Positions 29,670-41,209 are shown, counted from the first letter of the stretch. The stretch: DNA of 64,000 bases from Candidatus Poribacteria bacterium (GCA_965218095.1 OZ244587.1:2528001-2592000), one strand, 5' to 3'. Made by a program: numbers and translations. Notes: generated by a model not told the origin, from the letters alone.

Positions 29670-30650
29670 ATGACCCTGTCACCTGAATTGTGCAAGACGA
29701 TGTACAAAGATATGTGGCGCATCCGGCTCTTCGAGGAAGAGGCGAACCGCCAGACGAGTCTCGGCTCCGTGGTCGGTGCCCTTCACATGTACTGTGGGGA
29801 GGAGGCAGTCGCCGTCGGCGTCTGTGCCAACCTGCGGGAGGACGACTACGTCCTGGGCACGCACCGCAGCCATGGACACTGCCTGGCCAAGGGTGCCGAG
29901 TCACACCGTATGATGGCCGAACTTTTCGGCAAGGCCACGGGGACGTGCGCCGGGAAAGGCGGTTCGATGCACATCGCCGATTTCTCTCGTAATATGCTTG
30001 GTGCCAACGGCATCGTCGGTGCCGGCATCGCACCAGCCACCGGCGCCGCACTCGCTAGCAAGTTACGCGGAACAGATCAGGTATCGGTGTGCTTCTTTGG
30101 TGACGGCGCCGCTGCACGCGGCACCTTTCACGAAGGCATCGGGCTAGGGGCTTTGTGGAAGCTCCCTGTTGTCTACGTCTGTGAGAACAACCAGTACCAG
30201 CAGTGGGTGCCGCGCATGAATGTGGCCGTGCTCGATTCGGTCGCCGATATGGCAGGGTCGTATGCCATCCCCGGCGTGTCGGTCAACGGCCAGGACCTCG
30301 TCGATGTCTACGAGGTCGCTGGTGAGGCGGTCGAGCGCGCCCGCAAAGGCGAGGGACCCACATTAATTGAGGCACGAACCTACCGCTTCTACGGACACAG
30401 CTTGGGGGACGAAGAGCAGTACCGTTCCTCCGAGGAAGTTGATGCATGGAAGACCGACCGTGACCCGATTAACCTCTTCCGCTCGACAATGATGGACCAT
30501 GAGTGGTTGACTGACCAGGAGGACACGGAGATCCAGAACGAGGTCAAAGATGAGATCGCCAGGGCCGTGAAATTCGCCGAGGAGAGTCCGTTCCCGACGT
30601 CTGATAACGTCACCACGGATGTCCTCGCTCCCAGACAGGAGGTGGCATAA
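29670..30650 (+). CDS. TPP-dependent dehydrogenase E1 alpha (pyruvate/acetoin type)
   Basis: HRSHGH, GKGGSMH, FGDGA..ENN, TYRFYGHS. Confidence 0.95.
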   Translation: MTLSPELCKTMYKDMWRIRLFEEEANRQTSLGSVVGALHMYCGEEAVAVGVCANLREDDYVLGTHRSHGHCLAKGAESHRMMAELFGKATGTCAGKGGSMHIADFSRNMLGANGIVGAGIAPATGAALASKLRGTDQVSVCFFGDGAAARGTFHEGIGLGALWKLPVVYVCENNQYQQWVPRMNVAVLDSVADMAGSYAIPGVSVNGQDLVDVYEVAGEAVERARKGEGPTLIEARTYRFYGHSLGDEEQYRSSEEVDAWKTDRDPINLFRSTMMDHEWLTDQEDTEIQNEVKDEIARAVKFAEESPFPTSDNVTTDVLAPRQEVA

Positions 30651-31621
30651 TGAGAACGCTGACTTTCAGTGAGGCATTACGAGAGGCGCTGCACGAGGAG
30701 ATGGAACGCGACGAGACGATATTCGTCATCGGCGAAGATGTCATTACACACGGTGGGCCTTACAAGGTGACGGATGGCATTGCGGAACGTTTCCCGGAGC
30801 GGATTTTCGAGACGCCGATCGCGGAGGCAGGGATTATGGGCGTGGGGGTCGGTGCCGCTATGGCGGGGATGAACCCTGTGGTCGAAATTATGTACATGGA
30901 TTTCGTGACTTGTGCCATGGACGAAGTGGTCAACCAAGCGGCAAAGATGCGTTATATGACCGGAGGCCAAGCCAGTGTGCCGATGGTGATTCGCCTACCA
31001 TGTGGCGTCGGTCGGTTGCTGGCGGCACAGCATTCGCAGATTATGGAATCGTGGTTCATGCACGTTCCTGGCCTACAGGTTGTCGTGCCCTCAACACCCG
31101 GCGACGCCAAGGGATTGCTCAAATCCGCAATACGCAGTTCCGACCCGGTGCTGTTCTTCGAGTACAAGCGGATCTACGCCTCTAGGGGTGAGGTTCCGGA
31201 TGGGGATCACATCATACCCATCGGTCAAGCCAAGATTTGTCGCGAGGGAGAGGACGCAACCGTTGTTGCTATCGGTCCGATGGTGCAGAAGTCACTGGAA
31301 GCAGCCGTGCTGTTAGAAGACGATGGCTACGACGTTGAGGTTGTCGACGCAAGAAGCCTGTCGCCGTTGGATACCGAGACGATCTGCGAGTCGGTGCGTC
31401 GGACGGGCCATGCCGTGGTCTGCGGGGAGGACTCCAGCTTTGCCGGGGCGGTCTCCGAGATAGCAGCGATGATCGGTGAAAACTGTTTCAAAGACCTAAA
31501 CGCGCCGGTCGTTCGGGTTGGTAGCCCTCATGTGCCGATGCCATTCAGCGCCGAACTCGTCAAGCATGTTGTGCCTGATGTTTCTAATATCACGGCGGCT
31601 GTCGATCGCGTAATGACGTAA
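30650..31621 (+). CDS. Dehydrogenase E1 beta
   Basis: IGEDV, TPIAE, AAQHSQ, DPVLFFE. Confidence 0.95.
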   Translation: MRTLTFSEALREALHEEMERDETIFVIGEDVITHGGPYKVTDGIAERFPERIFETPIAEAGIMGVGVGAAMAGMNPVVEIMYMDFVTCAMDEVVNQAAKMRYMTGGQASVPMVIRLPCGVGRLLAAQHSQIMESWFMHVPGLQVVVPSTPGDAKGLLKSAIRSSDPVLFFEYKRIYASRGEVPDGDHIIPIGQAKICREGEDATVVAIGPMVQKSLEAAVLLEDDGYDVEVVDARSLSPLDTETICESVRRTGHAVVCGEDSSFAGAVSEIAAMIGENCFKDLNAPVVRVGSPHVPMPFSAELVKHVVPDVSNITAAVDRVMT

Positions 31622-31806
31622 CAGTGGTGCTCTGTGAAATAAGTCTTGACATCTGCAACAATCTGCGTCAGAAGGGGCTGGTCAAACGTAATGCGTAAAA
31701 CGTAAGAAGAGACTTCTTCTGACGTTTTACGTTTCACGCCCTTATGCTCACTGGACTTCAATTCTCATAATTTATCTGACGCTGTAGTAGGAGGAAAGTA
31801 GGACTC

Positions 31807-33183
31807 ATGGCAATACAATTCCGTTTAGCGGCTCTCGGCCACACCATGGAAACGGGCCGCGTCGTCGAGTGGCACATAACCGAAGGTAGTAGAGTCGAGG
31901 AGGGCCAGCTTCTGGTATCGATCGAGACAGACAAGGCGGTCGCTGACATTGAGTCGCCGGTCAGTGGCGTGCTGTTACGCATCGTCGGCCAGGTTGATGG
32001 TGAGTACGAGGTTGGCGAAACCTTGGCCTGGATCGGAGAGGAGGGGGAGGAAGTGCCGGAGGCACCCGCAGAACAGCCCAAGGCTCCGGTTACGGAGCGG
32101 CCTGTCGGATCACGGGCGACCCCCGTGGCACAGCGGCTTGCCCAACGGCACGGCATAGACGCCGATGCATTGCCAGGAACCGGTCCGGGGGGACGGGTCA
32201 CCAAGGAAGACGTGCAGCGCGCCATTGACGCCGGCACAGCGAGTCCGGAAAAAGCCTCCGACGAGATTTCAACCCCTGGTGTCGCGGAACAGCCTAAGGC
32301 ACCGGCTGCGGGTTGTCCTGCGGGGTCACGGGCGACCCCCGTGGCGCAGCGACTTGCCCAACGGCACGGCATAGACGCCGATGCATTGCCAGGCACCGGT
32401 CCGGGCGGACGGGTCACTAAGGAAGACGTGCAGCGCGCCATCGACGCCGGCACAGCGAGTCCGGAAAAAGCCTCCGACGAGATTCCAGCCTCTGGTGTCG
32501 AGGTCATTCCGCTTGCCGGCATCCGTCGTACCACCGCCGAGCGCCTCGGTACAATCTGGTCCCAGGCACCGCATGTCACCGAGGGTATTGAGGTCAATTT
32601 CAGCGCGCTCCAGGCCGCCCGGAGGTCAAATACGGAGGCGTGGCGCGATGTTCACGGCGTCGCACCGACGCTCAACGACTTTGTGCTGAAAGCCACCGCC
32701 GAGGCGTTGAAATCCCACATCCGGCTCAACGCAGCACTGATTGATGGGGCAATACATCAGTATAGCGACATCAATTTAGGGGTCGCCATCAACATCGAGG
32801 CTGGCCTGGTTGTACCGGTCATTCGAGGTGCCGACACCCTCGGCGTGGTGGCACTCGCGGCCAAAGTCAAAGAACTAGCAGACCGTGCTCGTGTGGGAAC
32901 ACTCGCGCTCGACGATTTTGCGGATGGCACGTTCACAGTCACCAATCTTGGTGGCCTTGGCGTGGATTGGTTCACGCCGGTCCTCAATCCACCTCAGTGC
33001 GCCATTCTGGGCGTGGGTCGGGTACGTCAGGCTGCGGTGGTGGAGGGTCAATCGATCCAGCTCCGAGACGTGGCGACGCTGGTTCTCACCTTCGACCACC
33101 GAGCGGTCGACGGCGCCCCTTGTGCCCGCTTCCTCGGAGACTTGCGCGCACTCATCGAAAACCCGGAGCCCCTGCTGCCTTAA
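31807..33183 (+). CDS. Dihydrolipoamide acyltransferase E2 with two E3-binding domains
   Basis: Lipoyl ETDKA; two GTGPGGRVTKEDV; DHRAVDG. Confidence 0.95.
   Translation: MAIQFRLAALGHTMETGRVVEWHITEGSRVEEGQLLVSIETDKAVADIESPVSGVLLRIVGQVDGEYEVGETLAWIGEEGEEVPEAPAEQPKAPVTERPVGSRATPVAQRLAQRHGIDADALPGTGPGGRVTKEDVQRAIDAGTASPEKASDEISTPGVAEQPKAPAAGCPAGSRATPVAQRLAQRHGIDADALPGTGPGGRVTKEDVQRAIDAGTASPEKASDEIPASGVEVIPLAGIRRTTAERLGTIWSQAPHVTEGIEVNFSALQAARRSNTEAWRDVHGVAPTLNDFVLKATAEALKSHIRLNAALIDGAIHQYSDINLGVAINIEAGLVVPVIRGADTLGVVALAAKVKELADRARVGTLALDDFADGTFTVTNLGGLGVDWFTPVLNPPQCAILGVGRVRQAAVVEGQSIQLRDVATLVLTFDHRAVDGAPCARFLGDLRALIENPEPLLP
32071..32500 (+). repeat. 216 bp tandem duplication inside E2
   Basis: Units start at 32071 and 32287 and are nearly identical. 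Confidence 0.9.
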
Positions 33184-33362
33184 CGGAACGTGTGCTTACG
33201 GCACCGCTGAACCATGTACCACAACAGGCAGGACTTTGGCGGGACCAAGGCAGAGGTCCGCGGACTGCAAAGAAGATGCGATGGTGGGATACAAGCGGGC
33301 TGATCGAGGGCAGTTGTCATAAGATTGAAATTCTACCATATTGTCAAGTGCGGGGTCCATGA

Positions 33363-34150
33363 CTATTCAACCGCTCTGGTTCTTGCTCCTTGGGGGGCAT
33401 GCCTTGGAAGCTCACGGTCTCTCAAACGACGTTCGGGGATATAACCGGAGTAGTCTGAGATCGCGCCGTGTGTCAGGGCGTAGATTGCGACGTTCGTCAT
33501 GAAACGGTAAACGCCGGGGAGTAATGGACGGGATACCCAGGCACGCCGACGGTTCTCATCGCGCACAAATAGTCCCGACAGCTGATCAGAACAGACAGTT
33601 TGTCACCAACGAAAATGCCTTCGAGGAAATTCCGTTTCACTGGACACGCCCCCCACCAATAGATATCGAAGCCGATCGGTGGACCGCCCATCGCGTAAAA
33701 GTTGTGGTAAACCTCGTGGTCGTTCGGGATGCGCTCAATCTGGTTTTCCGGTATCGCACGTCGCATCTGAGCAAGGAACAGTCGGGCCATCGCTTGTGCG
33801 GGTGCATTGACGCCACAATCGTCGAAGATGAGAAAGCCGCCCTTCGCAACGAGGTATTTTTGCAAGGCAATTATCTCTGTTTCTGAAAGTTTGCCATCCA
33901 ATTTCCCACCGCCGTATTGACTGCCCATGAGATTATAGCGACGGACCATCGACGGATCATGCCCCGTCATAAAAAGCAGTGGAACTTTCATCAGGTTTGC
34001 GTCCGTCAACTTCGGCGTACCGCCTGCAACGTTCAAGTCCGTCTTAATTTTTGTGTGCTCGTTGAGCCATTGGGCAAAATCATTGAGCGAAGACGGATTC
34101 GCCCACCAATCCGAGAGGCTGTGCTGCACGCGAGTAAATCGGAAAACGCC
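33363..34150 (-). pseudogene. DUF4159 protein C-terminal remnant, frameshifted
   Basis: SDWW, PLLFMTGH, GGFLIFDDCG, then shifted frame YRFMTNVAIYALTHG. Confidence 0.75.
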
Positions 34151-34956
34151 GCGAATGTCTTTGCCTCTACCGACGACTCGTCCGAATGGGCGACGAACAC
34201 ATGCTTATACGGGAATGTGTGACCGGCTGCGAGGGCACCGGTCCGCTCCAACAGATCCGGGGGATCATCGGGCAAACTCGGACGCTGACAGCGAATTGCC
34301 GCCAACAGTCTACCCGTAGGCAGTTGTGCGACATTGACTTCACAGCACCACTCACCAAGCACCGAATACTCGGACCATGTGCGTCCACCATCCTGAGAAC
34401 GGTAGATGCGACAGACAGCGGGCGTTATTTCAGCCGCTTCGCGATTGCCAATCCTGTCCGCCCCCACTAACACCGGCACCAGCAGCGTGCCGTCATCCAG
34501 ACGGGTCATGCTGAAGCCCAGCGACAACACATCCGGCGTACCGACATCAATCTGTCCAATTTGCCGCCACGTCGCGCCTTCATCGTGCGACTCCCACACG
34601 GTCGGCGGCGTGCCGTTGACCGCGGGTTTGACGTTTAACATGACACCCTCATCGTTGAACGCCACTCGCCAACCGATGCATACATCGGGATCGCGCTGGA
34701 GGTGCTCCCACGTTTTACCGCCATCGGTTGACCTGTGCAGCAGCGTGTGTTGAGCAGCATAGATTATACCATTCGGTGCCTGTACCAAGCACAGTCGCTG
34801 CGTGTGTCCCTCCGGATCGCGTGGGAGCCGGATCTTCTCCACAGAAACCTTCTCTAATTTTTTGTCGCGGGCGTGGAGGATATAATCGTTCGCCTGCATC
34901 ACTTGCAGTTCATCAGGCTGAATGGATATTCCGCCCATGTTGTGTGTTGAGAGCAT
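34150..34956 (-). pseudogene. BNR/Asp-box (sialidase-like) protein, 3' truncated
   Basis: STDGGKTW, SHDEGATW, SQDGGRTW; breaks after VAHSD. Confidence 0.75.
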
Positions 34957-35064
34957 AGCGTTTCCTTTCTCTATCTATTATTTAGGTTCAGGTTCGTGGA
35001 TACCCCCGATGCTGCATCAGTTTTCCAAACTTGACAACGCTTTTTACCGTTGGTAGCGGACATT

Positions 35065-35250
35065 TTATTGGTTGAGCTGCTGGGCAACAAACACCGAATC
35101 AAGAATGCTGACCACCCCATTGCCATTTGGGTCTGGTGTGGATTTGCCGAACCCATTGGCGACCTGCACCAGATCCAAGATATTGACTTTCCTATCGCGG
35201 TTGACGTCAACGACACTTCCAGATATCAAGTGCTTCAAGGTTGAGGAGTC
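35065..35250 (-). pseudogene. Dockerin-type repeat fragment
   Basis: DVNRDRKVNILDLV, DPNGNGVVSILD. Confidence 0.65.
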
Positions 35251-35408
35251 CGGCCAGGGGTGTGAGGTCTCGAATCTCATTTTCAGAGAGTACCAGGAAT
35301 GTCAAATTGATGGCATGTTCTAAACCGGTGAGCAACGTGCTAAGGTCGTCATTTACCCTCCAAATCGATTTATTGTATCATATTTGCTATCTATTCACCG
35401 CAATAGTT

Positions 35409-38400
35409 CTATTTGAGGATAACCATCCTACGGGTTCCGGTGTAATCGTCAGTGGTCAATGTGTAGAAATATATACCACTGCTCACCGGTTCCCCGATTT
35501 CGTTGCGACCATCCCAATACACTGCCTTCCTCCGATCGGTGTAGTATCCCGCCTTTTGATGCCCTAGATTGAATTGGCGCACCAACACACCTCGGAGGTC
35601 GTAGATGCTAATCCGCACCTCTGTCTCGCTAGCAAGATGATACGGGATCCATGTCTCTGGATTAAATGGATTCGGGTAGTTTGCGCGGAGCACGGTCTTG
35701 TCTGGAATCATTAACGCAAGCAGCCTTTCAAGCATCGCTATGCCTTGGGCAAAGATAACTGACCCGTCGTTTTGAGCGTACGCCATATCTATCCACTTCT
35801 GAACAGTTTCCGGACTGAGAGAAACGTGAAACGCAGCAGGTGCAGCAGGGGTGCTTGTTTCACCGAGATGTTGCGCAACTAGGATTAAATCTAAGATGCT
35901 AGTAATCCCATCTCCATTAATGTCGCCCTTAGTCGTGCCGAAGTGTTGGGCGACCAAAATCAGGTCAAGAACGTTCACAATACCATCCCCATTTAGATCT
36001 GTAGGGGCAGGTCTTGTGCCTGCCCTGAGATAGATTTCACCGTCCAAATCTGCTAGCTGATGCGTTCTGCCTGTCTGACCACTTGCCACACCAGTAACAT
36101 TCTCTGCAAGGGAAATCTCCTGTACGTTGCCACTCCGGTTGTAAACCGCCCACCCGTTATCAAACTCGCGAATATATAAACCCTCAATATCTTGATAGCG
36201 TTGTGCCGTTTGTCCGATAGGTTGTCCGAGGTCCGCATCCCAGAAGGGATGCCAGATGTGTTTCTGGTATTGCTTTTGCCCTCCAATAGTTCCAAGAGTG
36301 TAGAGAGCATATCCGTCGGATAAAGTGAGGCTCATTGTCGTGAATAAACGCATCCACTGTTTATTTCTTGGGCTATCCGGCGGTTCAGCACCAACGCCAA
36401 AACCTCTGAGAACATTGATTTTTGGTTCTCGCATATTTGCCTCATACCAGATGAGGTTGGTTTCAATCTCAATAATGTCCTTCCGTGTGTAGCCGTGCAG
36501 CCGTCCTTTCTCAAGCGGGAAGGTTTCCATGAAACCGCCGTTGATGTAAGGTGCAGAGAGCGGGAGTTTCGTTTCATTGCGGTTACACAGAATCAGAAAA
36601 TCGTCCGGCACCCCCTGACGAATTCGCCTAAGAATTGAGATGAGCACCGGTTGTTCTTCTTGTAGATGTAGAGTTTGGAAGGACGGCGTGAGTTTCAGCC
36701 CACGCATCAAACATGATACCATCATACAAGCCACATTTTGCGACCGCAATCGCCCGTTGAACAACGACGGCTTGAACTTCTGGCAGTCTAAAATCAATCA
36801 GATATTCCGTGCTGCCGGGCTTTTGCGGGATAAGGTTTCCATTTTCGTCTCTTAGCCAGCCGAACCAATCATCGGGATAACGACTGCGGGATGCATAACT
36901 TTGTCGGAGATCGACGAGAAAAAGCATATCGGGGTTTTTGGAAAGTAGTTCCTCCCGTTGGTCGATTGCACTTTGCAGATCGCCCATTAACTGATACCCT
37001 TGTGGGGTCAGCGAAAAACGGAGTCCAAAAGGGGTATAATGCCACCAAAGATCGTGATATGCGACACGATCCAGATAAGGTATTGAATCATCCCACCAGT
37101 TGCCTCCCCTGTTCAATATGCCGTCGTCCCATGGTAGGATAACAGATGGAAGGTTTCGATTGTCGATTCGGTCTTGAATCGGGGAGCGGGGTAGCACACA
37201 AACCTCATCGTATTTGAGGTCACTCAGCGATAGCCCTTGAATCGGACTGAAGTCTACAATCTGATTGTGGTGAATCCATAACGTTTGCAAGGCAGTTAAA
37301 TTGGCAAGTGGAGTCACATTTACAATATGATTGCGGTTCAGTCGCAGTTCTTCCAACTGTGTTAAATTGGCAAGGGGACTGATGTCAACAATCCGATTGG
37401 AAGTCAATCCCAACCTTTTAAGTTGGGTTAAATTCGATAGCGGACTGATGTCTTCAATCGAAACGTTCCCAAGAGCTAGCGACTCCAATTTCACAAGGTT
37501 TGCAAGTGGAGTCACATCTGAAATTTTGGAATCCGTGATGTCAAGTATTCTGAGTTCGGTGAGGTTCGATAGCGGTGATAGATCCAGAACTGAATTGACT
37601 CTATTTGCCCAGAGTGCTAAAACTTGCAGTTGACTCAACCCCGATAGCGGATTAAGGTCACTAATTTGATTTCCACCGAGGTTAAGATGGATTACATTGG
37701 TGGCATACTCTAAGCCGGTAAGGTCAGTTATCTGCTTCTCCCTTGCGTTTAGCGATGTTAATTGGCTCATCACTAACTGTGTGAGGGGTACTTCAGACGG
37801 CAGCCCCATTTCCTCACGGATAGCGCGCTCCAAGTTTGGATCGGTTATCTCTATTTCGCTAGAAGCGAGTTCCTGTAACTTGTGGATGTCGATATCCACA
37901 CTCTGAAGGTTCAACCCAAAGAGCGGACGAAAGTCTGTTATCGTATTGTTAGCAATTGTCAAATCGGTAAGCTGTGTTAAACTGGCAAGTGGGCTAACAT
38001 CAACAATCTGATTGTGTTGCAGCCAGAGTGTTTCCAACGTGGTTAAATTGGCTAGCGGGCTGATATCAACAATCTGATTTGCTGCGAGATTTAAAAAGAC
38101 CAATTTTGTCAGATTTTGTACCGAGGTAATGTCTATTATCCCACAATGACCCAGATGCAGCTCCCTTAATTCTGTGAGGTTTTGAATAGGGCTGAGGTCT
38201 TTAATGAGGACACCAGGGAGATGGAGAAGTTCAAGTTGCGTTAAATTCGCAAGAGGGGTGAGGTCTGTGATGGGATTGTCCCGAAGGTACAGGCGTTTGA
38301 GATTTTGGGCATATTTTAAGCCGGTGATGTTTTCGACTTGTGCAACTTCTGCGGCGAAGCCTGTTAATCGTAACATCTCCAGTTGGGTGATTGGGATTTC

Positions 38401-38559
38401 ATCGGGGAGGTTGAGAGTTTCTCGGAGGGCTTTCTCAAGGTTCGGGTCGGGTATTTCTACAACTTGGGCGGATGCCGGTTGGGCAACCACAAGGGTTACC
38501 TCTACAATGAGAAATAAACAGATTAATAGGCGGGAAGCAGTGCGAAAATGGAATGTCAT
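35409..38559 (-). pseudogene. Internalin-like LRR + putative GH-like domain + dockerin + C-terminal sorting/FlgD-Ig domain, split by one frameshift
   Basis: Two LRR blocks; YDGIMFD; frameshift near 36670; DLNGDGIVNVLDL; NYPNPFNPETWIPY...SGIYFY. Confidence 0.85.
36001..36026. repeat. GTAG-type REP inside a coding linker
   Basis: gtag gggcagg tcttgtg cctgccc. Confidence 0.65.
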
Positions 38560-38706
38560 AAAAGTTTCCTTTCATTACCAAGGTCAACGCTTTGTCCGCG
38601 CTGGTTCAAGGAAGGCGATATCAAAATTCGTGACATACTGCTTTCTCCTGTTGCCATAAGAAAAACAATGAAAACTGTAGCCAAAAGTGATTTACCTCAA
38701 GCGATA

Positions 38707-38733
38707 GTAGAGGCAGGGTGACCCCACCCCTAC
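38707..38733. repeat. GTAG-type REP-like palindrome
   Basis: gtagaggcagggtgaccccacccctac. Confidence 0.6.
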
Positions 38734-38815
38734 GGGTGTTTTTTTCGCGATGCCAACGGAATGCCAACGCAAAAAAAATACACACAGGCGAGAGATGGAG
38801 GACAGCTTGTTTTTC

Positions 38816-40126
38816 TCAAGCATCGTCTGACTCTCTCCCGTGGTTAAGCGGTTCTGGACATAGCTGGTAAAGAGAAGAAGAAGGATTCTTTTTGAGCCAC
38901 TCCTTGATGCGTTTGACTTCGGTTTTCACTTCGGGATGGTCTCTTGGAATCTGTTGGCGTAGTTCAGCCTCGAGTTGCTTAGCGATTGCTATCCCCTGCG
39001 TGAGTTCTTCTATGGTGTGTTGATTGAGGGAGAGCAGGATGTACGCTCGCTCGTACCATTGCTCGGCATATTCAGCGCGTTGCTCAGAAGATAGAGAAGA
39101 GTCATCCCGAAAATCGTCGGAGCGCGATGGGAGGTCGGCTAATGTCAGCCCGGCTGCAATCTTTTTTTCTATTTTTATGTCTCTTTCTTTCTGGTCTTTG
39201 ATTTCCTCTGACACAGGGTTTTCGCGTATGTAGGGTTCAGGGAGGGTCCGGGTTGCCTGCTGCAGTGCTAAATCCCAGATCCACGCTTTTCGCAGGTGCT
39301 TGTGGGCTTCGTGCTCCGATGGAGGTGGGGGTATTTCGCCCATAAGAGCTTTTGAAGTTTCCTTTTCTCTTTCTCGTGCCGTAAAACCGGTTTTGATGTC
39401 CACAAGTGTATCTATTGCTGATTGCAGAACAGCAGTGCAAGACTTCCGATGTAGAAATTCGATGAGCTTCGTGTCGGATTCGTCGTTGTTGGTGGACGGG
39501 CTTTCACTGCTTGGGGTGGATGGTAAGGGTGACGTGGTGGCACCTTGTCTAGCCGTGCTAAAACGTTCTTTAGACTTGGTTTGTTTGGGACGTGCGGGAT
39601 AACGCACATCTCCAAAATCAACTCGTTTTGGTCGTTTCATTGTTTTTCTCCTGTAGTATGCCGATAGTATGCCGATCAGCTCCATCATCCAAAGCCGTGT
39701 TTCTTTGTAGGCTAAGGCAAGCTGACGCAATTCTTGGATGTTGGGTTTCTTGAAACAATCAGATGAATCACTAAGGGATTCCTTTATCTGTCTTTCCATT
39801 TCTGCCAAGCGTTCAGCAATCAACGTCTGAAAAGCAGACGCAATCTCTAGGTCTTTTGATATAAAAGCCTCGATTTCTGCTTGTTGGCGGGCGGCTACCT
39901 GTTGTGCCGCGCGCCGTGTGTTTTCTGCATCAAACGCTTGGGCTCGTTTTTGCCACTGAAATTGACTTGACCACCGACCGATAGTCTTGAGATCCCGCTT
40001 TTTACCGTTGATTTCCACTTTGGTTAATTTTCGCAGTGAGCGGTCGGACGCACTACTATCGCGATAGACTTCAAAGTATTGAAAAGCTAACGCCGTTTCC
40101 CCGGGCATCCTTTCATCAAATTTCAT
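38816..40126 (-). CDS. Phage-like protein: terminase-small-subunit-like HTH region joined to an unknown domain
   Basis: ERMPGETALAFQYFEVYRD...RSLRK...GRWSSQFQWQKRAQAFD; internal AGGAG + ATG at 39640. Confidence 0.55.
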   Translation of the reverse strand: MKFDERMPGETALAFQYFEVYRDSSASDRSLRKLTKVEINGKKRDLKTIGRWSSQFQWQKRAQAFDAENTRRAAQQVAARQQAEIEAFISKDLEIASAFQTLIAERLAEMERQIKESLSDSSDCFKKPNIQELRQLALAYKETRLWMMELIGILSAYYRRKTMKRPKRVDFGDVRYPARPKQTKSKERFSTARQGATTSPLPSTPSSESPSTNNDESDTKLIEFLHRKSCTAVLQSAIDTLVDIKTGFTAREREKETSKALMGEIPPPPSEHEAHKHLRKAWIWDLALQQATRTLPEPYIRENPVSEEIKDQKERDIKIEKKIAAGLTLADLPSRSDDFRDDSSLSSEQRAEYAEQWYERAYILLSLNQHTIEELTQGIAIAKQLEAELRQQIPRDHPEVKTEVKRIKEWLKKNPSSSLYQLCPEPLNHGRESDDA

Positions 40127-40606
40127 TGTATTACCTCCTGCGAAAGTATACTATTTTTGTGGTTGTTAATGCCACCGGGCCACTGAGGCAAAAAAGTTCG
40201 CAGGTCTGTTTCTCATTGACGGTGTAGAATTTTCTCGCAGAAATGTGAGGATTTGAGCCAATTTTTGCGTTTTGATTTCATAGGAAATCACCCGGCAGGT
40301 TATTGCCTGTTGCGATGTGCAATGAGAGGTTCGCCCCGATCAGATCGGGATTCAGAGCAACTTGGTAAATAGGATTTACAGTCGTTCACACCAAATTGCG
40401 CTACTACAAACTTTTTTTGCAAGAAAAAGTGTAATAACTGTGACAAAAGGTAGTTCATCTCACACGATAGTGGGGAATGGGGATCTCCGTTGCCTACAGA
40501 CGGGGGAACCTCTCCTCTACGGCTGTTTTTTTTCGATTACTACGCAACCATCATTTTCCTCTGCCCATTTTTCCCTGAAGGGTTACTACCCTTAATGTCT
40601 ATAGTT

Positions 40607-41209
40607 TCAGTCCTTTCTGAAGCCCCTAATAATCCAATAGACCACCAAGAACACACCATGCCCAAAGCCAAAGGTAACAATGAAAGCTCCAAGTAGATCT
40701 CTCACAGCGCGCCCCCGTGCCATCCACTTCCTTAGGGGAAATGCCTTTAATGCTGCTTGATATCCTTTCTCGTATTCGATTGCATTTTTGACCACTGCAT
40801 TAAGCTCTTTATCCGTGAAAGACTTCGCTTCTGCCATTGACCGAACATCATTCAAAATCCTTATCCTTGTCTCCATTATCCTTGTCTCCATTTGATGGGG
40901 ATCTTCACCTGTTAGCTCTGCTAGGAACTTATCCGCGGCGCTACTCGTCTCAGGCAATTGTGTCCTGCTTTTGTCATTTACAAACCATTCACGCCACCGC
41001 TTCTGGACCCGTTGTTTTATTTTGTACTCGTTGGAATTGTAGAAGTAGTCGTAAGATTTGACATGCCGATAAGAATTATTATCTAAGTATACCCTATACC
41101 CTCCGAGCAACCAATTAAAGCCGACAACGGCAAAAGTCAGTAAGCATGAAAACACCAGCCACAAGCGATTAAAGCCTCTGTGATAGTTGTTTAGCCATCG
41201 AATTGCCAT
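40607..41209 (-). CDS. Hypothetical membrane protein
   Basis: RGFNRLWLV N-terminal TM, C-terminal TM ending WIIRGF; 15 bp duplication giving METRIMETRI. Confidence 0.65.
   Translation of the reverse strand: MAIRWLNNYHRGFNRLWLVFSCLLTFAVVGFNWLLGGYRVYLDNNSYRHVKSYDYFYNSNEYKIKQRVQKRWREWFVNDKSRTQLPETSSAADKFLAELTGEDPHQMETRIMETRIRILNDVRSMAEAKSFTDKELNAVVKNAIEYEKGYQAALKAFPLRKWMARGRAVRDLLGAFIVTFGFGHGVFLVVYWIIRGFRKD

Noticed and set aside
35409-38559. LRR repeats as a diversity-generating retroelement target
   Set aside because: No reverse transcriptase and no template/variable repeat pair with adenine-specific differences seen
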